This document shows positions 11,024 through 22,290 of a DNA stretch of 64,000 nt, in pieces; position 1 is the stretch's first letter, and the number at the start of each line of letters is the position of its first letter. The notes under the pieces are model-generated. The model searched no databases. It saw only the letters and a program-made list of their open reading frames with translations, and was not told the origin of the DNA. The DNA is from a virus. Its lineage: Duplodnaviria; Caudoviricetes. The DNA is taken from positions 96,001 to 160,000 of the IMG/VR virus record IMGVR_UViG_3300028735_000004; one strand, written 5' to 3'. Made by a program: the position numbers and the translations under genes.

Positions 11024-11650
11024 TTAGAAATTACCAAAAACTGCGTTAATTAAGTTTGGAGCATCTAAGGCGCCTCTACGAACACCACGATCTGCTTGTC
11101 TTTCAATGCCTAAAGTATCTGTTTGTAATACAAGATTACGAGCTCCACCTGTAGCAGCATTAGCTCCTTGAATTGTACTATAAATATCTTCGGCTTGCCA
11201 TCCCATTTCATCTGCTATAATAAAATTATCAGCACCATATGAATAAGAAATTGATTCTATCCAAACATTTTTGATAGTCGTGATGATCATACTTTCTCCA
11301 TCACCGGCCCATTTATCATAAATATCTATATCAAATGGAATGCGTTGAGATTTGGCGTGTAAGAATCCTCTACTAAAAGCTTCTGACACACGAAGACGAT
11401 CAAATCTAATGCGACGGCAGTTACCAGAAATATCAGCAGATTTACTTGGAGCACTATCAATATGACCATCAGTTCCAACTTCATCAATCATAGTAATACT
11501 TCTACGCTCATTAATCGATAGTGTTTGAACCGCACCTACTGGATTAGGACCTACACGAATAACAATGTTAGTTGAAAGTGCGGTACCAGTACGGTTGCTT
11601 CCATTGGGATTTTCTATGATCGAACCTGTCTGTGGTGTTAAAATAGCCAT
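11024..11650 (-). CDS. Tail tube protein
   Basis: 208 aa downstream of sheath; VGAVQTLSINERR...RIPFDIDIYD...TIKNVWIESISYSY tube-fold pattern. Confidence 0.8.
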   Translation of the reverse strand: MAILTPQTGSIIENPNGSNRTGTALSTNIVIRVGPNPVGAVQTLSINERRSITMIDEVGTDGHIDSAPSKSADISGNCRRIRFDRLRVSEAFSRGFLHAKSQRIPFDIDIYDKWAGDGESMIITTIKNVWIESISYSYGADNFIIADEMGWQAEDIYSTIQGANAATGGARNLVLQTDTLGIERQADRGVRRGALDAPNLINAVFGNF

Positions 11651-11687
11651 TATTTTATCCTATCCAAAAAGAAATATTTTATTATAA

Positions 11688-11695
11688 TATATCAA
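11688..11695 (-). promoter_or_regulatory. Candidate phage promoter element TTGATATA
   Basis: Exact copies on the coding strand in intergenic gaps at 307-314, 11688-11695, 35892-35899, 43414-43421, 60401-60408 and 63113-63120, mostly 10-40 nt before starts. Confidence 0.4.
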
Positions 11696-11724
11696 TATTT
11701 CTTATTTTATACAAAAATATTACA

Positions 11725-12141
11725 TTATTTTTTAGTATGTCTTATTTTTCTGCATCCATCTAATATGTTTTGTTTTGCAGAGTAAGATCGTAGATTCTCA
11801 AGAGCCCAACACTTCTTAAAATTTTCATCATCTAAAGATTCATACTTTAATTCACTTTGAGGTATAATATGATCGATATTCCAAGTCCAAGTAGCGGGAT
11901 TATTATCATCCCAAGTTTTAGAATTATATTTTTTCCAATTATCCCAGTTCATCCAAGGCTCAAATTGTTTTTCAAGATGTTGTTTTAATTCCTCGGAAGA
12001 GTAGCCTAATTTTTTTCATAATTTACTATAATTGGTATTAGAATTACCATTTTTAATAGTGAATAGAATTTTTGATTTTATAACAGGTTTTAATTTAAAA
12101 AAAGGATCGTTTTGAGTTCTTTTTTTAATTCTTTCATAAGC
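11725..12141 (-). pseudogene. Degenerate HNH homing endonuclease (paralogue of 15069..15806)
   Basis: Frame reads ...NYSKL*KKLGYSSEELKQHLEKQFEPWMNWD...IDHIIPQ...CWALENLR, with an in-frame TGA at 12016-12018 and no clear N-terminus. Confidence 0.8.
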
Positions 12142-12187
12142 CTGCCATATTGAACTATATAACAGCGCCAAGAGTGTTAAATTATGA

Positions 12188-14986
12188 TTATAAAGTTCCG
12201 ATACCAACTTTAATATAAATCCAGTTGATAGGATATACGGGGGCCACTCTTACTGCAATATTCCATTGACGAGGATCAACTTCATCACGCTTAACTACAA
12301 GATCTCTCCAATCTGTAATTAATTTCTGTGTAATGAAGGATCTTAACAATCCGACTGCACGAGCGGTAAGCATTGGAATTGTATCGAGATCTTCTGGCAA
12401 GCCAATAAACCCGGCGAAACCAGCTCGCATTGATTTGGCTATACGATCTCTAATGAATACAATTGAAATTTCTTCTTCTTCTGGGAAACCACTTTGTGTA
12501 GTTGTTTTGCCCCAAATTACTCTTCCGCCACCAGCAACTGGTTGTAATACAGATACGCCAGCAGTTGCTAATGATTCTAATGTGCTTTGTGGTAATTGTT
12601 TATCACGAAGGATTGTGAAGCCACTTAACACTTTATTAGTAATAGGCATTGATATTAATGCTGTTCCAGAGAAGAAACCACCGGCTGCAGCTGCAAGATA
12701 GAAGCCATCGATTAATTGATTTTCTCCACCAACATTAACAACTATTTCGTCTGGATAGAAGTAGGCACATCTGTAAGTTGTACCAAATGCATCTGGAACT
12801 GAATAATTAGTTAAATCTTCAGTTGTTCCGGCTAATACTTCTGTTACTTCATCGCCTTGAATTCCTTCTAACACTCCTATATCTTCTACTGCTGCTAATT
12901 TAGCTCCAGTTAAATTATCTGGAATTAATCCTTTAATTGCACCAGTGAACAATACTCTTTCGCGTTTATTACGAATATTACTCATTGTCTTACAGTGTGT
13001 TAGTGCATTTTGGAAAATAACAGAATAGGTTTGGTTAGGAAGTGGAACTAAGATGTCTAATTCAAATGCCTCTAATGTTTGGAATGCGGTTTGCCATCCA
13101 GCATCATAGAAAGAAGCATCTTTAGTATCTATAAGAGTTACACGCAATGAATGACCATCTGGCATAACATTGTGATTTAATACAATATAGCTGCTTGTGT
13201 CAGCAGGATCTAATACTTCAAATTTAAGATTTGCTTCTGACACAAATGATTTAGCTATTGTTAAAACATCTCCAATTGGATTATAACTTATGATATCAAA
13301 AGTACCTAAATTGGTTGCTGTTGCGGATGCGGTAATTTTGATTTTCATACTTGTTAAGTTAGAAACTGCACCAAAATTAATTGCTACGCTGGAGAATGTT
13401 CCAGTTGCACTTGATGGAATGGCTGTTAAGATACCATCAGTTCCAGTAGTGCCTGCAATTGTAGTGCCGGTATTTGGATTAATCAAGTGGAAATAAACTC
13501 CGGTATCATTAACATAGTCAGAGAATGGCGGCGACGCGGATGCTTTAACAATTAATTTACCATTGCTGACTCCAACGATATCAAATGTTCCATTATTTGC
13601 TAAGTTAGTTGCATCAAAGATTTTTAGTTTTTTGCCAATATAACTTAAATCAAATGTAGCAGTACCAGTACTAAATGTACCTAACACTTGAGATGTTAAA
13701 CTACGATTTAAATATCCATCTGTTGCAAAATTTAATGCGGCTTGCCTTTGAACAACTGTATAGTAGAAAGAATATCCACCAGGAGCAGGTGTATCATCAA
13801 AAACAAATGAATTAGTTGTTGGATAACCTGCTGTATCTAAAGTATAGTAAGTTAATTTGTTTGGTAATAATTGTGTTTCTACGCCAGTTACAGGATTAGT
13901 TGCAAAAAAGTGAATAGATGAATTAACATCTGGTACTACACCGTATGGAAGTGGTATAATGAAATCATCAACATTTGTAGAAAGAGCATCAAAACTGTCT
14001 AATAAGTTATATGATGTTCTTCTTGGTAATGGAGGTGCCGCTTGCATTGCTAATACACCAGGAGTACCGTTATCAAATGCTAATTGAGCTCCTAATGATA
14101 AAGTATTATCTAAACTAACTGCACCATGTTTCTTTGTTAAACTATCCATTTCGGTGAAGAATACCGGATCGTTTATATCAGTAGAAGCAATATAAGTTGC
14201 AGTTAAAGTATCATTTTTAATTAAAGCACCACCTTTAACTTTAATTGTAAAATAATCTCCTTCTCTAAAAGGTGATATAGAATTTCCGCTACCATCTTTT
14301 GTTTCAGAAATGGCAAAACTTAAGATACCATTATTATATTCTTGACCATTAGCAATCCAAACTGAAGGATTACCATTTGCGTCTAATATATTTCCTGAAA
14401 CAGAACCGAAAGCAATAAATTTGGCTGTATTTTGAATTGGTTGATTAAAAGCATTTCTTTGAACAGATACACATTTAATAGACCAAGTTTCTGTTGGAGC
14501 ATTAGCATCTAAAAGTTTAATACCTGTAGCATTATAACCATCAATTGTACCAACACCTATATTGGTTGCGCCAGATGAATAATAAGAACCGCCTAAATCA
14601 ACTAATGCAGCAGTTTGTAATTCAATTCTTCCGGTTGCGGGATCTATACGATAATCATATTTGTTAGAGAATTTATTTGCGTTTATCTGCTCTTCTAATC
14701 CTACTAATGGAACTCCGTTTTTATATAAAGTAGTTCTATTATTTACAAGAGGAAAAAGCGATAGTTTGAAATGTCTTCCATCACTACCGTTTGTAGAAGT
14801 ATATGTGGAATTAAATCCATCTTTACCATTACCTAAAGCAGATGAAACAATTACTTCAGATCTTGAGCCTAAACCTACTATTGATAAAACTCTTATTCCA
14901 CCCGGTACGGAAACACCGCGGGATTGGGTAACAACATCGGTATATACTCCGGGTAAAACTCCTGAAGCGCCTGGTATATTAGCCAT
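12188..14986 (-). CDS. Contractile tail sheath protein with inserted domains
   Basis: 932 aa. N-terminal LPGVYTDV; C-terminal GGRVIWGKTT...EEISIVFIRDRI...IAVRVAPVYPINWIYI sheath signature. Confidence 0.9.
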   Translation of the reverse strand: MANIPGASGVLPGVYTDVVTQSRGVSVPGGIRVLSIVGLGSRSEVIVSSALGNGKDGFNSTYTSTNGSDGRHFKLSLFPLVNNRTTLYKNGVPLVGLEEQINANKFSNKYDYRIDPATGRIELQTAALVDLGGSYYSSGATNIGVGTIDGYNATGIKLLDANAPTETWSIKCVSVQRNAFNQPIQNTAKFIAFGSVSGNILDANGNPSVWIANGQEYNNGILSFAISETKDGSGNSISPFREGDYFTIKVKGGALIKNDTLTATYIASTDINDPVFFTEMDSLTKKHGAVSLDNTLSLGAQLAFDNGTPGVLAMQAAPPLPRRTSYNLLDSFDALSTNVDDFIIPLPYGVVPDVNSSIHFFATNPVTGVETQLLPNKLTYYTLDTAGYPTTNSFVFDDTPAPGGYSFYYTVVQRQAALNFATDGYLNRSLTSQVLGTFSTGTATFDLSYIGKKLKIFDATNLANNGTFDIVGVSNGKLIVKASASPPFSDYVNDTGVYFHLINPNTGTTIAGTTGTDGILTAIPSSATGTFSSVAINFGAVSNLTSMKIKITASATATNLGTFDIISYNPIGDVLTIAKSFVSEANLKFEVLDPADTSSYIVLNHNVMPDGHSLRVTLIDTKDASFYDAGWQTAFQTLEAFELDILVPLPNQTYSVIFQNALTHCKTMSNIRNKRERVLFTGAIKGLIPDNLTGAKLAAVEDIGVLEGIQGDEVTEVLAGTTEDLTNYSVPDAFGTTYRCAYFYPDEIVVNVGGENQLIDGFYLAAAAGGFFSGTALISMPITNKVLSGFTILRDKQLPQSTLESLATAGVSVLQPVAGGGRVIWGKTTTQSGFPEEEEISIVFIRDRIAKSMRAGFAGFIGLPEDLDTIPMLTARAVGLLRSFITQKLITDWRDLVVKRDEVDPRQWNIAVRVAPVYPINWIYIKVGIGTL

Positions 14987-15068
14987 AATTTATTCCTTTA
15001 ACAAATTGATTCATTCCTAACCAATAAAATATCAAAATATTATTAGTTCTCACTTTATATTATTAATT

Positions 15069-15806
15069 TTATACCTTTTTATGCCGAGTTCTTCTTGTTC
15101 CGTCTAAAATATTCTGTTTTGCTGAATAAGGTCTTAAATTTTCAAGAGCCCAACATTTTTTAAAATCTTCATCATTTGGAGATGTGTAATTAAAGGTTGA
15201 ATGTGGTATAATATGATCTAATTGCCACTTCCAAGTTAATGGATTATTATCGTCCCACTTGTTAGCGTCATATTGACCATAATTTTCCCAGCTCATCCAA
15301 GATTCAAATTGTTTTTCAAGATGTTGCTTTAATTCTAATTCAGAATAACCAAGCATATTAAATATCAATCTATACTTGCCATTTTTTCCGAGTATTTCGT
15401 GAATAGACTTGGATACATTTCTTCTTAATTTATTGGATGGTATTTGCCTTTTTTCTTTAGCTTGTTCTCTTCTTCTTTGTTTATTTATTGGATTGGCGTT
15501 ATATTGTTTAATTTTTTCAATATTTTTAATATATCTTTCTTGCCGATATTTTCTTTTTTTATCAGCATATATCGGATCTTTTAATTTTTCTTTCTCCCAA
15601 TTTAATTTTCTTTGTCTCACATTCTCTCTTGCATTATATTTTTTATTATAATCATTTTTAAACCTTTGCTCTTTTGCCTTAATTTTATCACATTCTTTAC
15701 AATAAATTTTATAATATTGTTTTTTACTGCCATCACGCATTTTTCTCATATATAAGTAATATTCTGAAAGATCTTTTTCTACTTTACATTTAGTACACAT
15801 CTTCAT
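15069..15806 (-). CDS. HNH homing endonuclease
   Basis: 245 aa. N-terminal CTKC...YCKEC zinc ribbon; C-terminal WQLDHIIPH...CWALENLRPYSAKQN. Confidence 0.85.
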   Translation of the reverse strand: MKMCTKCKVEKDLSEYYLYMRKMRDGSKKQYYKIYCKECDKIKAKEQRFKNDYNKKYNARENVRQRKLNWEKEKLKDPIYADKKRKYRQERYIKNIEKIKQYNANPINKQRRREQAKEKRQIPSNKLRRNVSKSIHEILGKNGKYRLIFNMLGYSELELKQHLEKQFESWMSWENYGQYDANKWDDNNPLTWKWQLDHIIPHSTFNYTSPNDEDFKKCWALENLRPYSAKQNILDGTRRTRHKKV

Positions 15807-15819
15807 ATTTAGAAATATA

Positions 15820-16611
15820 TCATAAATTAGTTATAATTTCAGTTAGATTCATATTAGTCTTAATTCTTAGATTTAATGCATCTTGGTAATTTGGAACATC
15901 AACTCTACCAAATTCAACTATCATATTTATAATTTCTATTATATTGCCGATAGGTATCATTCTTCTCCATTCTGATCTAATTTGCAATGTTATTGTTTGT
16001 TTAAATAACATATCAGTTCTATCTAATGTTTCTGAAGGAGAGGATATTGAAACACCTTTTATTACTATGCCTTCTTTTTGCAAATCATTAAAGGCAATAT
16101 CTGTAAATAATAAAGATACTAGTTCGGTCAAATCATCTCTGGCACGCAAATCTCTCGCCAATACATCAACGGAAATAGAACCTTCCCAAGCGCCAGCAAA
16201 AATAAAAAATTTAGGAACTTTATAAGCTTTAGAATTCCCATAACCGTCTTCATAAACCACATAATCCCATTGTACTGATCCGGTTTCTCTGTTCATAGAA
16301 ATTGGTACATAATTAGAACCGCCAAATCTAACTATAATGGCTGGGTAATAAACGATATCATACCTAAATGCTTCTCCAATAAAAACTCTGGTGGTTAAAT
16401 TATCATTTAATCCAGCTGTTCTATCTAAATCTGTATGATCTGGAGTTTCAGGAAAACCAAACACATCTGTGGCAAAATGATACCAACTATCGCGAGAAAA
16501 AAAATCTCGTAAAGTTGCTATTACCATTTCTTTAGGATGCATAATCATAGCGTTTTGAACTATGTTATGTATCCTTGGTAAATCTGATCTGATAATATTA
16601 TTTGATACCAT
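15820..16611 (-). CDS. Tail completion / terminator-like neck protein
   Basis: 263 aa upstream of sheath; YYPAIIVR...WEGSISVDVLARDLRARDDL pattern. Confidence 0.5.
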   Translation of the reverse strand: MVSNNIIRSDLPRIHNIVQNAMIMHPKEMVIATLRDFFSRDSWYHFATDVFGFPETPDHTDLDRTAGLNDNLTTRVFIGEAFRYDIVYYPAIIVRFGGSNYVPISMNRETGSVQWDYVVYEDGYGNSKAYKVPKFFIFAGAWEGSISVDVLARDLRARDDLTELVSLLFTDIAFNDLQKEGIVIKGVSISSPSETLDRTDMLFKQTITLQIRSEWRRMIPIGNIIEIINMIVEFGRVDVPNYQDALNLRIKTNMNLTEIITNL

Positions 16612-17706
16612 TTAAATCCATCTGTATTTGATGCGAATTGGTGATATTCTCATAAAAGCATAATGAGCTGCAATTATAGAAGAAACATTAAAATATACAG
16701 TAAAATATAATCTTATATTACTGGAATATGAATTAATATATGTATTAATAGAAGGTGTAACGCTTATCGGATAATTTACTGTCGTAAGAGCATTAGTTCC
16801 GGTTTTATTATGATCTAAAGCCGCATCTCCTCCAGATTCCATTAAAACACTATCACTTGTAACAGTAGCGGGGCTCATTACAGAAGACGAATCTCTTTTA
16901 ATTATTCTAATAAATGCATCTCCAGAATATGTTATAGATGATGCTACAACAGAGCCGGTTGCCTGACAATTAGTGGCAATATTAACCATAGCGTTTAATA
17001 TTTGAACATTTTTAGGCAAAACTGTATCTAAATCTATCATTTTACCAAAATGTACCATACCATCATTACCAATGGTATTAGTTGATAATTCAAGAAATGC
17101 AAGATAATTTGTATTATTGGGAGTTGCTAAAGATACACCTGCTCTTTTAGAAGTATTAGCATTAAATGTCAAAGGATCTGTATAATAATCCATATTATGA
17201 ACATCTAACTGATATCTGTTGTCTTTCATAGGATAAGCGGGATCAGGAAGATGTTGAACAGTATAATACGGATTGTGTTTTAATCCGTCGTGATTTAACA
17301 AACTATAAAATGCATACGCAGTTTGATTGACATTTCTTTCGTAAATAGTACCTTCTGTATTATTTTTTACTAAATTTTCATCGGTTCCATCTACTGTGGC
17401 TTGATCAAAAGCATTTTCTGTTATTACGGAATTTTTTGTGCCGGCGGGTTTAAAATATATATATGCTAATATATTTGAATTACCTCTTGTAAAAGTATTT
17501 TTTGTAATATGAGATCTTGTGTCATTTACAAAAACCATAGATTTAGTAACATCATCTTTTATACCAGCAAAAAAATTATTTACTACAACTACATCTGCAT
17601 CAATATGTAAAATACGATCGTAAGTATAGGTAGTAGTTGTAGTACCGTTTGTGGTAATACCATAGTCTGTATGATTACCATCAATTATAAAATTACCATA
17701 TACCAT
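16612..17706 (-). CDS. Putative virion fibre/spike-associated protein
   Basis: 364 aa, beta-helix-like N-terminus; TAATG-coupled to the 1488 aa gene. Confidence 0.45.
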   Translation of the reverse strand: MVYGNFIIDGNHTDYGITTNGTTTTTYTYDRILHIDADVVVVNNFFAGIKDDVTKSMVFVNDTRSHITKNTFTRGNSNILAYIYFKPAGTKNSVITENAFDQATVDGTDENLVKNNTEGTIYERNVNQTAYAFYSLLNHDGLKHNPYYTVQHLPDPAYPMKDNRYQLDVHNMDYYTDPLTFNANTSKRAGVSLATPNNTNYLAFLELSTNTIGNDGMVHFGKMIDLDTVLPKNVQILNAMVNIATNCQATGSVVASSITYSGDAFIRIIKRDSSSVMSPATVTSDSVLMESGGDAALDHNKTGTNALTTVNYPISVTPSINTYINSYSSNIRLYFTVYFNVSSIIAAHYAFMRISPIRIKYRWI

Positions 17707-20700
17707 TATGAACCCTCTACTCTTTGAGCAACAAGTGCGTAATTAAGTGCATTGCTTGATTGATTAACATAATTTAATAATATTGATGAATCAGAAGCAA
17801 ATAACTTGTTATTTCTAATAATACAAACTCCCATAGGTTCTCTAAAGAAATTTGGCAATTTTGCTGACACTTGTATCCAACTAACAGTATTATTAATTAT
17901 TTCTACTGAACTGGTGAATAATCCGCTCGCCAATAATAATCCTACTTTGGAACTTCCGGAAGTATTATCATATTTACCTTTGTTGTCGCCACAGTAAATA
18001 TATTTGCAGTAATTTCCATCAATTATAAGTCTATCCTCTTTATCTAATATTACTAAAGAATTAACTGTATTAAACGGTTGAGATCTTCTAACAAGATAAT
18101 TAATTGATCCGCATATATTATCTGAAATATATACATTAATTGGAGATATTGCATTTAATACATTTCCGCTAACACCATCTACAGAAGAAGTAATTGCAAT
18201 CATTTGATTTCTGTTGCAAATATTTTCTGATATTGCACAATTAATTAACTTAGGTGCATTATAATCATTGACGGGGGGAGATACAGATGGTCCAACAAAT
18301 GCAACTGCAGCACTTAAATCATCTCCGCCTCCAACGAATGTAGATATAAATTGATTTCTTTTAATGAAAATATTTTGTCCGAAACTTGAATTAGAAGTTA
18401 AACTTGCTCCAATAAATGCGAAGTGATTTGCATATGGGGTTTTAAAAGTACAATCTTCTATTGTAATATTTTTTGCGCCAGATGAACCTATATTCATATT
18501 AATACAAGATTTACCTATATTAATTAATGAAGAAGATGCAAATAATGGATCAGATGTAGCATCATAAATATAATTAAATGTTATATTTTTGAATTCAATA
18601 TTATTTCCTATATTAAATCCAGTACCAACTGAAATATCAAATGTTCCGTTATCTCCAACAAATTCTACTTTGTTATTATAATTAAATGTTAGTGTAGAAG
18701 TAATTGGGAATGTACCTTTAACTAATACTTTAGCTCCTATTAAATTAAGTACATTTTGAGCAGATCTTAATCCATTTAAATTAACCATCCAATTATTTAA
18801 AGCTTCTACGCTTCTAAAACTTCCATCTGGACTTAATACAAACGGGTGATCCATTCCGATATATCCGTTTGATACATATCTTCTTAAATCAGTAATTGTT
18901 GATGTTGTTACAGCGTATTTACCATTAACAATTCCAACAGTTGCTGATATGGTATATAAAGGAACAAGATCTCTCCATTTAACATAAAGATTTTGTAAAT
19001 ATGTTCCTCTTACATTATATGGAGTTGGTGAGATAGCGTTTGGATTTTTAACATAAAATAATCTATTGTGATCTAAAGATCCATATATTCCTGATAAGCT
19101 TAAATCATAATCTGTTGATGCCACTAATTCTATTTCAGATTTATCATTAACACAAACAAACCAAGTAATAGTATTTACATTGGTAGTAAATGTTGGCGAT
19201 AAAGTTTCTTGTAAAATAGGTATAATATTAGTTGTTTCATTCATATATACCAATTTACCATTTACTAATACAACTCCACCTGTTAACGATAAAACATTTT
19301 GTGGAGTTCCGCCTATAATTTCAAAACCTCTAACAACACCATTTTCGTGAATTAATTTATCTGATGCAGAAATATAATCTAAAGCAGAAGAAGATAAATG
19401 TTTTTCGCTTATATTACCAAAAGTTCTTCCGTCTCTAATATATTTTATTGTTTTATTTGAATCATTAACTTGACAACTTCCTATAAAGAATTTTTCTTCA
19501 TCTAACATTAATGATGGGTAAAGCTGAATATCTATACCTTTATTAACAAAAGAAGAAATTGTGTCATCAAAACTAAAAATTATATCAATATAATCTATAT
19601 TAGATTCGTCATAAAATCTAACTTTTTCACCTTTTTTACCAGTTGTAGTTGGTCCAAAATTTGTATAACTTACACCATCGAACTTACAAAGATATCCGTT
19701 AAATACTCCAGTTGTTCCATCAAAATCAGTAATAAATAAATGAATTTTACGATAAACTAATGATTTATATCCTCTTAATTTAGGAGATATTTCATAAATA
19801 TTAAGATGCTGCATTTCAGTAGTAGCATATAATGTAAATGAATTTGCTGCATCTACCAAAACATTTGAGCCAGAAATTGAAAATCTTGCTCTTTCGTGAG
19901 AAAATACTTTACCATCAGTATTTACAAGAATTTCGAAATGTCTCTTAAACGGTATTACAGATACTGAATTTCCAACATTTTCTGAATTAAACGATACTGA
20001 ATCATCACAGAAATATAAATTAACCCCAGTGCCTACATTTGCTGATTGGTATGGAGATGTGCCGGTACCGTGGATCGCATCATATACAGTAATATATGTT
20101 TCTGGATTTGGTCCGGGGCAATTATTAAATACAACATTACTAATTAAAAATCTACCATAATCAACAAAGTTAGATAAAGCTGGTGAAGCATTTGGATAAA
20201 CAACAATTGTCTTACCTTTTTTCAAACCAGATGTAGAAAGATCATATGGAACCATATATGTTATTTCTACACGATTACCAAGAATAGTTTTATTATTTAT
20301 TGTAGCTGGCCAATAACCATCTCCAAATGTATCTTCAGAAGTAAATATTTCTTTATTTAATAAATCTTTTTCAGTTCCATTTACATAGAAGAATTTTCTT
20401 TTTTGTGGAGCTAAAATAACAGTTGGTACTTGAGCTACTATTGGATTTGTATATGAGGTAGAATATGGTGGACTTGCGACACCGGAACCGTTAGGACCAA
20501 ACCCAAGAGCATCCAAATTATTATATCCGTCAATAACATTAAATGGGTAGGAACTTAATGAACCAGAATAATAATTTCCTGAAGAATCTAATGTTCCACT
20601 GATTATGGAAAAACTAGCATTATTATAGTGATCGGCCAGCATTATACCGAATTCACCTTTATATGAATATGCTATAAATCTATAATTATATCCAGTTTGT

Positions 20701-22172
20701 CTAAACGCATTATTTGTTGAATCTACTAAACTATCTAAAGTATATTTTCCTGGAGTAGAACCTTTATTACCGGTAATATCTATAGGCGGTAAATTAATAG
20801 ATTTTTCTAATGGATTACCGGTTGGATAAAATGTTAAATATAAATTATAATGAGTTGAATCTATTTTTTCAGGATTAAAACCTATACCTAAAGCAGAAGC
20901 CGATCTTGGATGAGCTACAATTAAACTATCTTGTTCGCTAAATTGATTATGTGCTCTGGCCATTGCCAAAACACCGTATTTATTTTCAGTAAAAAATGAT
21001 TTATAAATATTAACTGTTGCGGTAGATGAAGAAAATAAATTTTTACCATTAATTCTAACGGCATAAGTTCTATTAGGACCATTAATAATAGCCTTAGTTG
21101 AATCTATAGTGAATGCAACAGAGCTTGTAGCATTACCATAATCTACTACTATTATATCTCCCGGTTTTACTAAAGCGAAATCAGCATCAAAAGTATTATT
21201 ATTTAATACCGTTGATGATGGATTTAATAAAATAACATCATCACCATTACTAAAATTATCCACTGGGACATTTGATCCGCTAAATAATAAATAAGTAGTC
21301 GCAGGAGATGTTAAAATAAACTGTCCTCCATTATCACTTAATAATGAAGTTGCCCTTGCGCTTCTTGATACACCGTTAGAAAATAAAGTTTGGGTTTTTG
21401 TTCCCAATAATAATAAGCTGGAATTATCAACAAATTCTGCAAAACTTTGTACATCTTCTACTGTTGATGGAATTGTTGCAAAGTTAGCAGAATTGACATA
21501 AACTCCAGCCGCCATATGTGCATAATTTTCTGGAGGTATAGTTCCGCCTAATGATGCCGATGTAATTGGATTTCCATCTGCTTTTTGGTGAATAGTTAAT
21601 TCATCACTGATATCTTGTAATAATGTTTGACCATTTGTAATATCTCTTGATACAACTGCGGACCCAGGAGATGAAACATTTGGAATTGGCGCGGGTTTAA
21701 CATAAGAAGCGGAAGTATCAATATCTAAATGAGAGAATTTATGACGATAAGCAGTACCCGCAATATGAGGTTCTACTTTAATTCCGGTAATACTTAGAAA
21801 GCCATTAAGTACATCAACTGAATTTTTTAAATTTTGATAAAGATTATAAAGATATTGGGTACTATAATTTAATTGTAATTTAGATTCTTGTATTCCAGCA
21901 ATAGCGGATACTTGAGAATCAGTAATTGGTAATACAACTAAACCCAAACCAGTTAATGCAGATGCTTTTATAGTACCATCTTGGTTTAATGATTGATCTA
22001 ATCTGTCAGCAATAGAGGCTTTACTACCATTTGCCAAAATTCCTATATTAGATTGAATAGCAAAAACAGCAGATCTTAAAGCATTTAATAATTCTTCGCC
22101 TATTTCAGTAAGATTATTATTTACTGGCGGCAATACATTATCATCATCTAATTGATTTGGGAAGTTTGACAT
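17706..22172 (-). CDS. Large virion structural/fibre protein with C-terminal beta-helix
   Basis: 1488 aa. N-terminal anchor-like SNFPNQLDD...LNALRSAVFAIQSNIG; ITDSQVSAIAGIQESKL motif; parallel beta-helix repeats at the C-terminus. Confidence 0.55.
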   Translation of the reverse strand: MSNFPNQLDDDNVLPPVNNNLTEIGEELLNALRSAVFAIQSNIGILANGSKASIADRLDQSLNQDGTIKASALTGLGLVVLPITDSQVSAIAGIQESKLQLNYSTQYLYNLYQNLKNSVDVLNGFLSITGIKVEPHIAGTAYRHKFSHLDIDTSASYVKPAPIPNVSSPGSAVVSRDITNGQTLLQDISDELTIHQKADGNPITSASLGGTIPPENYAHMAAGVYVNSANFATIPSTVEDVQSFAEFVDNSSLLLLGTKTQTLFSNGVSRSARATSLLSDNGGQFILTSPATTYLLFSGSNVPVDNFSNGDDVILLNPSSTVLNNNTFDADFALVKPGDIIVVDYGNATSSVAFTIDSTKAIINGPNRTYAVRINGKNLFSSSTATVNIYKSFFTENKYGVLAMARAHNQFSEQDSLIVAHPRSASALGIGFNPEKIDSTHYNLYLTFYPTGNPLEKSINLPPIDITGNKGSTPGKYTLDSLVDSTNNAFRQTGYNYRFIAYSYKGEFGIMLADHYNNASFSIISGTLDSSGNYYSGSLSSYPFNVIDGYNNLDALGFGPNGSGVASPPYSTSYTNPIVAQVPTVILAPQKRKFFYVNGTEKDLLNKEIFTSEDTFGDGYWPATINNKTILGNRVEITYMVPYDLSTSGLKKGKTIVVYPNASPALSNFVDYGRFLISNVVFNNCPGPNPETYITVYDAIHGTGTSPYQSANVGTGVNLYFCDDSVSFNSENVGNSVSVIPFKRHFEILVNTDGKVFSHERARFSISGSNVLVDAANSFTLYATTEMQHLNIYEISPKLRGYKSLVYRKIHLFITDFDGTTGVFNGYLCKFDGVSYTNFGPTTTGKKGEKVRFYDESNIDYIDIIFSFDDTISSFVNKGIDIQLYPSLMLDEEKFFIGSCQVNDSNKTIKYIRDGRTFGNISEKHLSSSALDYISASDKLIHENGVVRGFEIIGGTPQNVLSLTGGVVLVNGKLVYMNETTNIIPILQETLSPTFTTNVNTITWFVCVNDKSEIELVASTDYDLSLSGIYGSLDHNRLFYVKNPNAISPTPYNVRGTYLQNLYVKWRDLVPLYTISATVGIVNGKYAVTTSTITDLRRYVSNGYIGMDHPFVLSPDGSFRSVEALNNWMVNLNGLRSAQNVLNLIGAKVLVKGTFPITSTLTFNYNNKVEFVGDNGTFDISVGTGFNIGNNIEFKNITFNYIYDATSDPLFASSSLINIGKSCINMNIGSSGAKNITIEDCTFKTPYANHFAFIGASLTSNSSFGQNIFIKRNQFISTFVGGGDDLSAAVAFVGPSVSPPVNDYNAPKLINCAISENICNRNQMIAITSSVDGVSGNVLNAISPINVYISDNICGSINYLVRRSQPFNTVNSLVILDKEDRLIIDGNYCKYIYCGDNKGKYDNTSGSSKVGLLLASGLFTSSVEIINNTVSWIQVSAKLPNFFREPMGVCIIRNNKLFASDSSILLNYVNQSSNALNYALVAQRVEGS

Positions 22173-22290
22173 CTAATTTCCATTCTGGTTTATCATTATA
22201 ATACCAAAAAATAGATATTTTGATATTTATAAGGATAAATAAAGTTTGAATAATTACTTAATATTAGATATAACCGATAAATATTATTAT

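Noticed and set aside
320-14986. Bacterial eCIS/T6SS/tailocin locus rather than phage
   Set aside because: A major capsid protein, neck genes, homing endonucleases and phage-like gene density are present in the same window
945-14990. Short plus-strand ORFs (945, 1132, 3054, 8388, 8900, 9218, 9751, 12333, 13290, 14661)
   Set aside because: Antisense to long conserved structural genes, with no RBS or recognisable motifs
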